Shown: piece after piece, positions 1-11,695 of the stretch | How the letters are laid out: each line of letters opens with the position of its first letter | How positions within the stretch are numbered: the stretch's first letter is position 1 | Origin: Octopus sinensis | Taxonomy: Eukaryota | DNA length: 29,904 nucleotides | Assembly (NCBI RefSeq): GCF_006345805.1 | Contig: NW_021832678.1 | Span: 1 to 29,904 of the forward strand | Direction of reading: 5' to 3' | Program-made: the position numbers and the translations under genes | The notes under the pieces: model-generated | Seen by the model: only the letters and a program-made list of their open reading frames with translations | Told to the model about the DNA's origin: nothing | Databases searched by the model: none

Positions 1-41
<41 letters not shown>

Positions 42-72
42 ATTTATATATGTATAATTATATATATGTATA

Positions 73-278
73 TACAAAGGGGTACTGAAATGTTCCTGGC
101 TTGGGATAAACGAAAATAGAGGAGGATCCCTGTAATTATGATTTTATTCAACATATCCCCCTCCTCTCAGATTCACACACTTATTACAGCGGTTTTTCTA
201 AGCCCTGAAAAAGAACTCGGAATGCTTGGCCTCAGGCGACGCCTTTCGCGGCACCCTTAAACCCAAGGATTTTCAGCA
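73..278 (-). mobile_element. Mariner-derived non-autonomous element retaining the transposase C-terminus
   Basis: Starts TA-CAAAGGGGTACTGAAATGTTCCTGGCTT, with a degraded inverted copy at ~259-278. Minus strand 194->144 reads NRCNKCVNLRGGGYVE*, resembling the mariner C-terminal RWxKCVxxxGxYVE motif. Confidence 0.7.
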
Positions 279-351
279 TACATGCAGACACACAGACACA
301 CACACACACACACACACATTTATATATGTAGTCATGCAGCTGCGTGTATGA

Positions 352-739
352 TGGAAGCACTCCGTCGGTTACGACGATGAGGGTTCCGGTTGATCCGAAT
401 CAACGGAACAGCCTGCTCGTGAAATTAACGTGTAAGTGGCTGAGTACTCCACAGACACGTGCACCCTTAACGTAGTTCTCGGAGATATTCAGCGTGACAC
501 AGAGAGTGACAAGGCCGGCCCCTTCAAATACAGGTACAACAGAAACAGGAAGTAAGAGTGAGAGAAAGTTGTGGTGAAAGAGTACAGCAGGGATCACCAC
601 CATCCCCTGCCGGAGCCTCGTGGAGCTTTCTTTTAGGTGTTTTCGCTCAATAAACACTCACAACGCCCGGTCTGGGAATCGAAACCGTGATCCTATGACC
701 GCGAGTCCGCTGCCCTAACCACTGGGCCATTGCGCCTCC
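352..739 (-). mobile_element. Type A tRNA-derived SINE, full length, with 11-bp TSD
   Basis: Minus-strand head GGAGGCGCAATGGCCCAGTGGTTAGGG...GTTTCGATTCCC carries Pol III A/B-box-like motifs. GCTGCGTGTAT is duplicated at 339-349 and 741-751. Homologous to 912-1310 and 22296-22679. Confidence 0.9.
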
Positions 740-911
740 CGCTGCGTGTATATAGATGTAGTTGTGAGAGCTTTTTTGTAGTTAGGTATGTATCTATGAT
801 GTGGTTGCTGGTAAAACGAGCCGTACCCGGAAAAGATATATTTAAGTGTATGATGTACCGATAGAATGATTTTTCTAATGCCATTTTACTCATCGTTACA
901 GAGCTATTCGT

Positions 912-1310
912 GGAGTCGCAATGGCCCATCGTGGTTAGGGCAGCGGACTCGCGGTCATAGGATCGCGGTTTCGATTCCCAGACCGGGCGTTGTGAGTGTT
1001 TATTGAGCGAAACACTAAAAGAAAGCTCCACGAGGCTCCGGCAGGGGATGGTGGTGATCCCTGCTGTACTCTTTCACCACAAACTTTCTCTCACTCTTAC
1101 TTCCTTTTCTGTTGTACCTGTATTTGAAGGGGCCCGGCCTTGTCACTCTCGTGTCACGCTGATATCTATCTCCTTGAGAACTACGTTTAAGGGTGCACGT
1201 GTCTGTGGAGTGCTCAGGCCACTTACACTTAATTTTCACTTCACGAGCAGGCTGTTCCGTTGATTCGGAACAACCGGACCCCTCATCGCGTAACCGACGG
1301 AGTGCTTCCA
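912..1310 (+). mobile_element. Type A SINE, full length
   Basis: Reverse-complement homologue of 352-739 over its whole length, with several small indels. Confidence 0.9.
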
Positions 1311-1916
1311 CAGGTATACCGCACATGCGTACATAAATCATACTTACAACACACCACAGGTAGAATTAAACCTCCACCTCGATGTTCTCCAGTATTGCGA
1401 TTGGGTATTAATACCTACGAAGATGCCTGTAAGCGTTTTATTTATAATTTCTGAGATATAGAGAAAAATAACCAGATTTAATGCCTGTGACTACAAATGC
1501 TATAACGTATATAATATATGTATATATGTGAAGTGCCGCGCGAGAAAGAGTAAGAGAGAGTAAGAAGAGAGAGAGAGAGAAAGAGAGAGAGGGGGGGAGA
1601 AAGAAGATAGAGACGGAGAAGAGAGAAAGAGAGAGAGAGAGGAGGAGGGAGAAAGAGAAAAAGAGAGAGAAGTATCAGTGAATGTGAAGGAATCCAATTG
1701 TGTGCGTTGTAGGTATGTGTTGGAATGAGAAAGTGTTGTTGTGTGTGTTTGTGTGTGTTTGCGTGTGTGTGTGTGTGTGTGTGGTGTGTAAGGTGCGTAT
1801 GTGTAAATACGTATGCATGCAAGTGTGCGTTCGTGCAGGCGTGTACACATGTATGTGTAAGATAGTGCAACTAATATAGTGTGCACACGTGTTTATATAT
1901 ATATATATATATATTA

Positions 1917-1953
<37 letters not shown>

Positions 1954-1954
<1 letters not shown>

Positions 1955-2410
1955 ACTCTCTTTTACTTGTTTCAGTCATTTGACTGCAGCCATGCTGGAG
2001 CACCACCTTTTGTCGAAGAAATCGACCCTAGGACTTATTCTTTGTAAGCCGAGTACTTATAAATAGCAACAACAGAAGGAGAACAAAAATCATTTAATAA
2101 ACAATTCACTTATTCTATCGGTCTCTTTTGGCGGGGACTTAAACACACCACCATCGGTTGTCAAGTGATGTTGGGGGCCAAACACAAAAATACAAACATA
2201 CACACACACACACACACACACACTATATATATATATGCGTATATATGACAAGCTTCTTTCAGTTTCCGACTACCAAATCCACTCACAAGACTTTGGTCGG
2301 TGCCGAAGCTATAGTAGAAGACACTTGCCCAAGGTGCCACACAGTGGGACTGAACCCGGAACCATGTGGCTGGTAAGCAAGCTACTTACCACACATCCAC
2401 TCCTGCGCCT
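1954..2410 (-). mobile_element. Type B tRNA-derived SINE (CORE-like CCTTGGGCAAGT motif, internal TA/TG microsatellite)
   Basis: Head AGGCGCAGGAGTGG..GTGTGGTAAG and tail GGTGCTCCAGCATGGC...GACTGAAACAAGTAAAAGAG on the minus strand; homologous to 10322-10744. Confidence 0.9.
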
Positions 2411-2794
2411 ATATATATATAGAGAGAGAGGGGGGATTGAGTGTGTGTGTGTGGTGTGTGTGTGTGTGTGTGTGTGTGACAAAGAAAGCGAGTGAATGTG
2501 TTTGTTACTATTGTTAATATAAGAAACTTTTCGTTGCCTCCCTTTCTATTCTTAAAGCAATTCCTAACGGGATTCATTTTACCCGCCATTCTCCTTAAAG
2601 CGTCGTCACAGAAAGGTATTTGCGTAACTTAACCAGACTACAATCTCCAACAAAAATAACATGCCTTTTTTTATTCCGTCACGCATTTAAACCTCTTAAT
2701 GTGCACAATTTTCTTTTCAATTTCTATGTAAAAAAAAGAAAAAAATTAATTATTTCTTTTGAATCTGTAAATAATGAAGAATAAGTACACAATA

Positions 2795-3217
2795 AGGCGC
2801 AGAAGTGGCTGCGTGGTAAGTAGGCTTGCTAACCACCACATGGTTCCCGGTTTCAGTCCCACTGCGTGGCAATCTTGGGCAATGCCTTCTGCTATAGCCC
2901 CGGACCGACCAATGCTTGTGAGTGGATTTGGTAGATGAAAACTGAAAGAAGCCTGTCGTATATATGTATATATTATCTATAATATGTGTGTGTGTGTGTG
3001 GTTTGTGTGTTCTGTTGGTCCCCCTAGCATTGCTTGACAAAACCGATTCTGGTGTGTTTACGTTCCTGTCACCATAGCGGTTCGGCAAAAGAGACCGATA
3101 GATAAGTACTGGGCTTATAAAAAGAATATTCCCGGGTCGATTTGCTCGACTAAAGGCGGTGCTCCAGCCATGGCCGCAGTCCACATGACTGAAACAAGTA
3201 AAAAGAGTAAAGAGTAA
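2795..3217 (+). mobile_element. Type B SINE, full length
   Basis: Same head, core, internal microsatellite and AAAGAGT-repeat tail as the other B copies. Confidence 0.9.
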
Positions 3218-3689
3218 ATTACTTTGGATCAGTTTATGATTTATTATGAAGTTACCGATAGAAATTCTAGTTACTGATAGTTAATATTAGAAAACAGGAA
3301 TAACATCATGAACAAAGTATTTCGACTTAGAAATAAGTGATAGATAACAGTGAACGTATATATTCGTTCAATTATATATTTACTAGACATCTCTGAACGA
3401 AAATATACGGGAGAATATGCTAAGAGATCAATACGTATGTGAATATAGGTATCTATGTTTCTTGCATAAGTTGACTCACAACACTTTCATTTCCGCCACA
3501 GATTTTACCTCCACCCACATTGTTTCCTGAACTTCTATGAGATTTAACGCTTATTCAGTTCAACACCATCTTCCTCCCTACCCTCCCTTTCCTCACTGCT
3601 GTCGTTGGATCTTTAAAAGGAAAGTTGTTGTTGTCCGGAGAGCATCACTTTATGTTTCGTATGTTATATTCTAAGATGTACGTACATTA

Positions 3690-4039
3690 CAAGCATACAC
3701 GCAGACACACATATATACATACACACAGATACATATATACATACACACGCACATATTTATACATACACACATACATATATATATACATAAATACATACAT
3801 ACACAGACACAGACACAAATAAATATAAACACACGCAAGCGTGCGCGCACACTCACACACACACACATATATATATACATATATATACGTATAAACATAA
3901 ATACATACACATGCACACGTACACACTCATATATATACATACATATATACATACTCACGCACATATCTACATACATATATACAGACAGACATACATGCAT
4001 ACATACACACTCATACACACAGGTATATATATGTATATT

Positions 4040-4071
<32 letters not shown>

Positions 4072-4120
4072 CGCACATACATATATGTACACACCGACAC
4101 ACACATATATACACATATAT
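3690..4120. repeat. Compound (CA)/(TA)/(CATA) microsatellite
   Basis: Visible directly. Confidence 0.9.
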
Positions 4121-4295
4121 GCAGTCTGTCTTCCGCCACATCATCCAGCTTGCAAGTTCCAGCAAACCCCGAGAGAATCGTATCTCTCTCAGACGACGAC
4201 AGAACGAGAAAGTATAAAAGCATCGTAACATCCTCAACGCGGTTAATTAGACATAACTTTATACAAATACCTTTAACTCTAAAACGGCGAGAACT

Positions 4296-4417
4296 GAGAC
4301 CGATGGAACAAGTACTAGGCTCACAAAGAATAAGTCCTGTGATCGGTTTGCTCGACTAAAGGCGGTGCTCCAGCATGGCCGCACTCAAATGGCTGAAACA
4401 ACTAAAAGAGTAAAGAG
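4296..4417 (+). mobile_element. Type B SINE 3' fragment
   Basis: GAGACCGAT...GGCGGTGCTCCAGCATGGCCGCA...AAAAGAGTAAAGAG. Confidence 0.85.
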
Positions 4418-4463
4418 AAAGCCTTGAGTTTTTATCTCATTCTGAATTTTTTTTTATATCTAT

Positions 4464-4813
4464 AGGCGCAGGAGTGGCTGTGGTGGCACCTTGGGCAAGT
4501 GTCTTCTACTATAGCCTCTGGCCGACCAAAGCCTTGTGAGTGGATTTGGTAGACGGAAACTGAAAGAAGCCCGTCGTATATATGTATATATATATATATG
4601 CGTGTGTGTGTTTGTGTGACTGTGTTTGTCCCCCTAGCATGTGGACAACCGATTGGTGTGTTTATATCCCCGTTACTAGCGGTTTCGGCAAAGATCCCGA
4701 TAGATTAAGTACTGGGCCACAAAAGAATAGTCCCCGGGGTTGAGGTTGCTCGACTAAAGGCGGTGCTGCTCCAGCATGGCCCGCAGTCAAATGACTGAAA
4801 CAAGTAAAAGAGT
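4464..4813 (+). mobile_element. Type B SINE with deletion in the tRNA head
   Basis: AGGCGCAGGAGTGGCTGTG is joined directly to GTGGCACCTTGGGCAAGT; the rest matches the family. Confidence 0.9.
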
Positions 4814-5009
4814 ATATACATGCTGGTCTATGACCTACGTTGGACTCCTCGTTTGTATCCTTATCGAACCTGGAGCTTAACTATAGTCTGTCCGTAGCAC
4901 TTACCCAGCATTACCTGACACCTTTGGGTCCTACTGACACCAAGAAGTTTTTGCCTGATGAGATAAAAAAAAAACCAAGGCTGTGTAGATAGAACATTTA
5001 TAGATAGAC

Positions 5010-5258
5010 ACACACACAAATATACATACATACATACTACATACATACATACATACATACATACTACATACTACATACATACATACATACATACGTATAT
5101 ATAATATATATATATAATATATATATGTGTGTGTGTATATAATATACAATTATATATATATATTATATATATATATATATGTATATATTATATACATACA
5201 TACTATATACACACACACACACACACACACATATATAATATAATATATAATATAATGC

Positions 5259-5296
<38 letters not shown>

Positions 5297-5325
5297 GGTG
5301 TTTATGTATATATATATATATTTAT
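5010..5325. repeat. Compound CATA/TA/CA/TG microsatellite
   Basis: Visible directly. Confidence 0.9.
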
Positions 5326-5329
5326 GTGT

Positions 5330-5562
5330 GTGTCTTTCTGTCTGTATTTGTTCTTCCACTGTCGCTTGGCAACTGAACAATTGATATTGGTGTGTATGCG
5401 GCCCTGTAATGGAGCGGTTCGGCAAAAGAGACTGATAGAATAAGTACTTGGCTTACAAAGAATAAGATCTGGGATCGATTCGATTTCGTCAACTAAAGCT
5501 CGTTAAAGCAGTGCTCTAGCATGGCCACAGTCAAATGGCTGAAACACGTAAAAGAGTAAAAG
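5330..5562 (+). mobile_element. Type B SINE 3' half, diverged
   Basis: GCGGTTCGGCAAAAGAGAC...AGCATGGCCACAGTCAAATGGCTGAAAC. Confidence 0.8.
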
Positions 5563-5632
5563 AATAAATAAATAAATAAATAAATATACACAGACACACA
5601 TAGAAAAATGATATGCATATACACACACAGAC

Positions 5633-5663
<31 letters not shown>

Positions 5664-6265
5664 CACACTATATATAAATATACGCCCACATTTTATATAC
5701 ACACCTATATTACAAACACACACACACTTACACCCGCATACATATGAAACTAAGATAGAATGAGAGAGAAAGAAAGACAGAATTAGCACAATTATTGCAT
5801 TATATATTTCCAAAAGAATGCTTCCGGGAACTTCAAATCATTGAAAGCTACTCAACAGAGAAGTTAGTTCACTTTCAATATACAACTGGGAATTGTACAA
5901 CACGTAAACTTTATTTGATTGGCTATTTCAAGTAATAGCCACCTGAAATTGCTATGGAAACCGAAGCTTTAGCTAATTAGCCGATGCGACCCACCTAAAT
6001 CCCCTACATCCAAAGTTGTTAATATACAATCTTCAGAGACTCGATGGACCGCTACGAGCGAGTTAATCCTTTTTTTTTTCCCCCAGTGGAATTAGAATTG
6101 ACGATTAGTAATGCAGATTAAGCCACAATGAGGTTACGATGGTGTAATATTAAGTCGGAGATATGTGTTATGACGTCGGTGTGTTAGAGGGGACCGGGGT
6201 TGCAGAGCCATTATTAAGCATAGAAGAGATAGTAGGGGTTGGCGGTGGAATATAGTTGTTTGTAA

Positions 6266-6680
6266 GGCGGCGAGCTGGCAGAATCGTTAGCACGCCGGAC
6301 GAAATGCTTAGCGGTATTTCGTCTGCCACGACGTTCTGAGTTCAAATTCCGCCGAGGTTGCCTTTGCTTTTCATCCTTTCGGGGTCGATGAATGAAGTAC
6401 CAGTCACACACTGGGGTCAATATAATCGACTTAATCCGCCTGTCTGTCCTTGTTTGTCCTCTCTGTGTTTAACCCCTTGTGGGTAGTAAAGAAATAGGTA
6501 TTTCGTCTGCCGCTACGGTCTGAGTTCAAATTCCTCCGAGGTCGACTTTGCCTTTCATCCTTTCGGGGTCGATTAAATAAGTACCAGTTACGCACTGGGG
6601 TCGATATAATCGACTTAATCCGTCTGTCTGTCCTTGTCTGTCCTCTCTGTGTTTAACCCCTTGTGGGCAGTAAAGAAATA
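6266..6680 (+). mobile_element. Type C SINE (Meta-domain-like core) with tandemly duplicated 184-bp body and 19-bp TSD
   Basis: Head GGCGGCGAGCTGGCAGAATCGTTAG; core CTTTCATCCTTTCGGGGTCGAT..AAGTACCAG resembles the MetaSINE domain. Units start at 6313 and 6497. Flanks: GGAATATAGTTGTTTGTAA (6247-6265) and GGAATATAGTTGCTTGTAA (6681-6699). Confidence 0.9.
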
Positions 6681-6791
6681 GGAATATAGTTGCTTGTAAC
6701 TGAGTTCTAATTAAAAATATATCTGAAGAATTGTGGTTAATTTGCGTTTATTTGTTTGTTTTTTTCTATCGCCTGATATTACTGATTGTGA

Positions 6792-6935
6792 TAGACGCAG
6801 GTATAAACATGTAGTTTAATAAGTTCGCTTCGAAATCGTACGGGGTTAGGGCCCATTGTGCGCAGTCCTTCACGCAATGGTCTTTGTTGTAGCTAGGTGT
6901 TTATCAATGCCTGGTGAATTCTTTTTGGCGATGGA
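6792..6935 (+). mobile_element. Highly diverged type B SINE 5' half
   Basis: Weak colinear similarity to the B head and core (..CAATGCCTGGTGAATT..TTTGGCGATGGA), followed by a microsatellite. Confidence 0.45.
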
Positions 6936-6950
6936 CATTGTGCATAAGCT

Positions 6951-6951
<1 letters not shown>

Positions 6952-7018
<67 letters not shown>

Positions 7019-7080
7019 ATACATACACATACACATTTACCTGCACACACACACATACAGACGCGCGCGCGCACACACAC
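6952..7080. repeat. (CA)n microsatellite
   Basis: Visible directly. Confidence 0.95.
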
Positions 7081-7140
7081 TCGTGTGTGCATCAACACAC
7101 GCACTCGCACACGTGTTTGTGGTTGGGTTTAGGTTTCACA

Positions 7141-7337
7141 TACTCTTTTACTTGTTTCAGTCATTTGACTGTGGCCATGCTGGAGCACCGCCTTCAGTCG
7201 AGCAAATCGACCCCGGGACTTGTTCTTTGTAAGCCTTGTACTTATTCTAACGGTCTCTTTTGCCTAACCGCTAAGTGACGGGGACATAAACACACCAGCA
7301 TTGGTTGTCAAGCGATGTTGGGGGAAACAAACACACA

Positions 7338-7377
<40 letters not shown>

Positions 7378-7459
7378 ATATACATATATACGATGAGCTT
7401 TCAGTTTCCATCTACCAAATTCACTCACAAGGCTTTGGTCGGCCCGAGGCTATAGCAGA
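7141..7459 (-). mobile_element. Type B SINE, 5'-truncated
   Basis: TACTCTTTTACTTGTTTCAGTCATTTGAC ... GGTCGGCCCGAGGCTATAG. Confidence 0.9.
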
Positions 7460-7824
7460 TAATCCGGATATAAAACTATACAAAATGATCCGTATATCAA
7501 CCTAACAACATTCTTCCAACTCGGTTAGTACCACCTATAACTGCTGCCTCGTTGGTGCAGAAAATTTGTTTCTTATTTCTCATTTTTGTAAATGACATAA
7601 TCAGGGAGATAAGTACCCTCTTTTGACACACAAATCGCCCATTATGACCTTATCTTTGCTAGTGCGGTCAGCCAGTTTTAATAACTTTTGTTCGCAGTAT
7701 TAGAAAACGAAACGTTAATATTTTCAATTGTTAGTGAGTGTGTACGCTCTTGTTACTGACAATAGCGTTGTTTCTCTTATTGTTTCATTACATCAATATT
7801 TTCATTTATAGGTTTTCTAATGGT

Positions 7825-8042
7825 TCTTTCTAACTTTGGTACAAAGCCAGCAATTTGAGTTGAGAGAAAGAGAGAAATCGATTACAGCGACACTACTACT
7901 TGACCGGCACTTAATTTATATATCAACTCCCAACAAAAGGAAAAGCCAAGTTGACCTGAACAAGATTTGAACTCAGGACGTAAAAAGCCAGAAGAAACGG
8001 CGCTAAGCACTTTGTCCGACGCGCCAGCAATTTTGCCAGTTC
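7825..8042 (-). mobile_element. Old type C SINE
   Basis: Diverged match to the C head and core (GATTTGAACTCAG, GCTAAGCACTTTGTCCGACGCGC, TGCCAGTTC). Confidence 0.75.
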
Positions 8043-8044
8043 AT

Positions 8045-8180
8045 TTGATGGGAAGATTTGGTTGAGTACATCGATCTCAGAGCTTGACCGGTAGTTTCTT
8101 TTATCGACACCGAAAGGATGAAAGGTAAAGTTGACATCAGCGGGGTTCGAAACTCGAATGTAAAGAGCCAGAAGAAATAC
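8045..8180 (-). mobile_element. Old type C SINE body without head
   Basis: TTTATCGACACCGAAAGGATGAAAGGTAAAGTTGAC core. Confidence 0.75.
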
Positions 8181-8414
8181 CTATTTCTATACTACCCACA
8201 AGGGACTAAACACAGAGAGGACAAACAAGAGCAGACAAACGGATTAAGTCGATTATATATCGACCCCAGTGCGTAACTGGTACTTATTTATCGACCCCGA
8301 AAGGATGAAAGGCAAAGTCGATCTCATTGGAATTTGAACTCAGAACGTAACGGCAGACGAAATACCGCTCAGCATTTCGACCGGCGTGCTAACGTTTCTG
8401 CCAGCTCACCGCCT
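8181..8414 (-). mobile_element. Young type C SINE (same tail as 6266-6680)
   Basis: High identity to the 6266-6496 head plus unit. Confidence 0.9.
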
Positions 8415-8426
8415 TCATAACAATTA

Positions 8427-8616
8427 TTTCAAATTTTGATTCAAGGCCAGCAATTTTTTGCTGGGATGGGCGCGGGGGGAGAGGCTGAATTATATCGACC
8501 TCAGTACTAAACTGCTACTGATATGTACTAGCGTTAATTTATTCGACTAAATTCTACAAAGCGGTGCTACAGCATGGCCGCAGTTGAATATCTGAAGCAA
8601 TTAAAAGATAAAAGAA
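8427..8616. mobile_element. Old C-type tail (minus) abutting a B-type tail (plus)
   Basis: TTTCAAATTTTG..CAAGGCCAGCAATTT as at 17488, then AAGCGGTGCTACAGCATGGCCGCAG...AAAAGATAAAAG. Confidence 0.65.
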
Positions 8617-9272
8617 CATCGATAAATTTGTTCCACCGGGGCCAAAACAAAAACAATTATTTTAACTGTTTCCAATCCATCAATCTTAAAATTCAAGATG
8701 GCTATATCTAAAACCGTATCAAATTTCAAAAAAAAAGAAAATAATAATAATAACAACACATTACATAATATTATTTATTAGTAATTATACTTTACAAAAC
8801 AGATAGACATAATGTTTCTTTTCATTTCCTTATTTTTTTATTCTTTAAAGAAAAACAAAAATACATACGTCGTCTTTAAGAATTCATCATCTATTAATTT
8901 CCAAGTAGAATCTGTCTGTCTCTGAGACTTATCTCACAGTTTTGGCGAGGAGATAAATGTTTCCACAAAGGAGGTCATTGTACAGAGATCGGTAGAACGA
9001 AATATTATATTTCAAACTCACACCTATATAGCTTTTAACGTTTTCTTTTTAATAGTTGTCTCCTTCAAAGTTGAATACATGTGTGTATATATATATATAT
9101 ACACATGTTTATGTATACAATCTTTTTCTATCTGTTCTATCTCTATATATCTCTCTACGTATATGTATATATATACATATATATATATCTGTCAATTTGC
9201 CTGTTTTCTGTGTTCATCCTTCATAGTTGAGTGTGATTGTATGATTATACACATCTGTCTGTGTGTGTGTGT

Positions 9273-9481
<209 letters not shown>

Positions 9482-9925
9482 AAGTGTGTCAATCTGTCTG
9501 TCTATCGTGTGTATATATATATATTATATATATATATATGTAAAACGCAGGAACAAACTGAAGTTTCGTTTATCAAATACTTGTCTTCAGATAAGAAATT
9601 TATTCAAACCGGAAAACACCGAGTGAACACTGCTGTCTTGTTTAAGAGATATTTTTAAGTAGACGTTGATTTTTTTTTGTTTTTGTTTTTGGAAAGATTA
9701 AAATCAGTCTTCTATAGATATTCAATATTAAGAGTTCTATGTTCAATAACAAAAATTAAAAATAGAAAAACAACAAAAAAAACCCCCAAAATAGATAAAG
9801 ATAAGTGCTAGAGATTATTTAATGAATTTACATGCGTAGAAACAAAATTATCAGCAGAAAAATGACTGGTAGACATTTTAATCAAAATATCAGTAATACG
9901 GGAGAGAGAGAAGGCAAAGAAGCAA

Positions 9926-9964
<39 letters not shown>

Positions 9965-9992
9965 CAAATAATAATAATAACAATATACAATA

Positions 9993-10050
<58 letters not shown>
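9926..10050. repeat. (AAT)n microsatellite
   Basis: Visible directly. Confidence 0.95.
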
Positions 10051-10051
<1 letters not shown>

Positions 10052-10321
10052 GCAAAACAGTTACAAATAAGACAAAAGACAGACAAATAGATTGATTGCG
10101 ACTGCATATTTTCAGAGATAATCTTTATGAGTATTAAGTATAACAATCTAACGATATTTTCCTATAAGCCACTTAAAGAATACATATATCATCTTTATCT
10201 TAATGAAATACAATTTCTTCGAGTGCACATCAGAGCAAATTTCTTCTTATTAAAAAAAAAATTATTTTACTTGTGATGGTTATAATCGATTGAATAAAAT
10301 CCAATGATTTTAAAACAACGT

Positions 10322-10744
10322 AGGCGCAGGAGTGGCTGTGTGGTAAGTAGCTTGTTTACCAACCACATGGTTCCGGGTTCGGTCCCGGTATCTGCGTTGG
10401 CACCTTGGGCAAGTGTCTTCTACTATAGCCTGGGAGCCGACCAAAGCCTTGTGAGTGGATTTGGTAGACGGAAACTGAAAGAAGCCCGTCGTATATATGT
10501 ATATATACACATGTGTGTGTATGTGTTTGTGTGTCTGTGTTTGTCCCCCTAGCATTGCTTGACAACCGATGCTGGTGTGTTTATGTCCCCGTTACTTAGC
10601 GGTTCGGCAGAAGAGACCGATAGAATAAGTACTGGGCTTACAAAAGAATAAGTCCCGGGGTCGAGTTGCTCGATTAAAGGCGGTGCTCCAGCATGGTCGC
10701 AGTCAAATGACTGAAACAAGTAAAAGAGTAAAGAGTAAAGAGTA
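10322..10744 (+). mobile_element. Type B SINE, full length
   Basis: Complete head, core, microsatellite and tail with (TAAAAGAG) repeats. Confidence 0.92.
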
Positions 10745-10777
10745 TACACAAACACCACACACACACACACACACATA

Positions 10778-11400
10778 CTAGCTTTATGTTCTTCTCTGCT
10801 CCGTGTATTGGGCAGCAAGCTTCCGTCTCCGAGTTCGATCGGTTACTTCTCTTATACATCTATTACGCATAGATTTTGATTGTCCTTAGGACGCCTCGAA
10901 AATATCCGCTGCCAATCCATATGTCAGCCTATTCTTTTTACGCCCACCGTCACGTGGTACCCTTGTCATGGCTGTTTTCGGATGCCGTTTATCGGAGAAT
11001 GTAATTAGCCAAACGTAAACAGCGCTCTGCTACAATCTTTTGGCGTAATGATGACGTCGTCCTTCTCAGAAACTCAGAACCCACTAATTTGTGGAATAGC
11101 CCCATCAATTGACCCTTAAGATCTTTCTGCGGCACCTTTGATGGAACACATTTAATTTTTTATTCACTTTATCTATACGCGTTGGAGTGGCTGTGTGGTA
11201 AGTACCTTGCTTATCAACCAGTGAGAAGAACAACAAAGTCATATGGACAAAACTTCACATCAGTGTAAATATTTGAGTCTGGCAGGCTCGAACGCATACG
11301 CTGGGGCACTGCTAGCACCTTTCCAGTCTTGCAGTCTATGACTAGTTCCACATCGCCAGTGCTGCTTACAACCTTGTCCAGATAGTGGAGTTGGTTCAAG
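10778..11400 (-). mobile_element. Decayed RTE-clade LINE 3' fragment (RT C-terminal region), interrupted at ~11160-11220
   Basis: Minus-strand translation gives LHYLDKVVSSTGDVELVIDCKTGKVLAVPQRMRS..NIYTDVK, then KLNVFHQRCRRKILRV..EFLRRT..IVAERCLRLANYILR..RHPKTAMTRVPRDGGRKKNR..RKLAAQY. These are colinear with RTE ORF C-terminal motifs (YLGS..RIGKA..F.R; FHxRCLRKIL; RxRGRP). Stops and frameshifts present. Confidence 0.85.
11176..11220 (+). mobile_element. Type B SINE head fragment inside the LINE
   Basis: GGAGTGGCTGTGTGGTAAGTA..TTGCTTA.CAACCA. Confidence 0.75.
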
Positions 11401-11470
11401 TCTTGAACTTATTCTGCTGTACGGAGCTTTAAAAATCTATGCTACTCGATAATTTTATGTATATCAACAA

Positions 11471-11681
11471 TATTCTTTGCTACTCTAAGGCCCGAAATAT
11501 TTGGGGAAAGGGCCAGTCGATTATGTCGACCCCAGTGTGTAACTGGTATTTAATTTATCGACCCCGAAAGGATGAAAGGCAAAGTCGACCGCGGTGGAAT
11601 TTGAACTCAGAACGTAACGGCAGACGAAGTACCGCTAAGCATTTCGCCCGGCGTACTAACGTTTCTGCCAGCCCGCCGCCT
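11471..11681 (-). mobile_element. Type C SINE (short-tail variant) with 13-bp TSD
   Basis: Full head and core; flanked by TGTATATCAACAA (11458-11470) and TGTATATCTACAA (11683-11695). Confidence 0.9.
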
Positions 11682-11695
11682 TTGTATATCTACAA

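Noticed and set aside
665-739. tRNA gene, likewise other SINE heads
   Set aside because: A/B-box-like motifs are present but continue into SINE bodies, and I could not build a full cloverleaf.
400-1341. ORFs of 85-112 aa, also at 22344-22658
   Set aside because: They lie inside type A SINE copies; the repeated peptides reflect SINE homology.
2558-2615. Possible + strand exon (QFLTGFILPAILLKASSQK)
   Set aside because: Weak donor (GTATTT) and no recognisable homology.
5948-5961. RFX X-box-like ATTGCTATGGAAAC
   Set aside because: First base is off consensus and there is no evidence of a nearby promoter.
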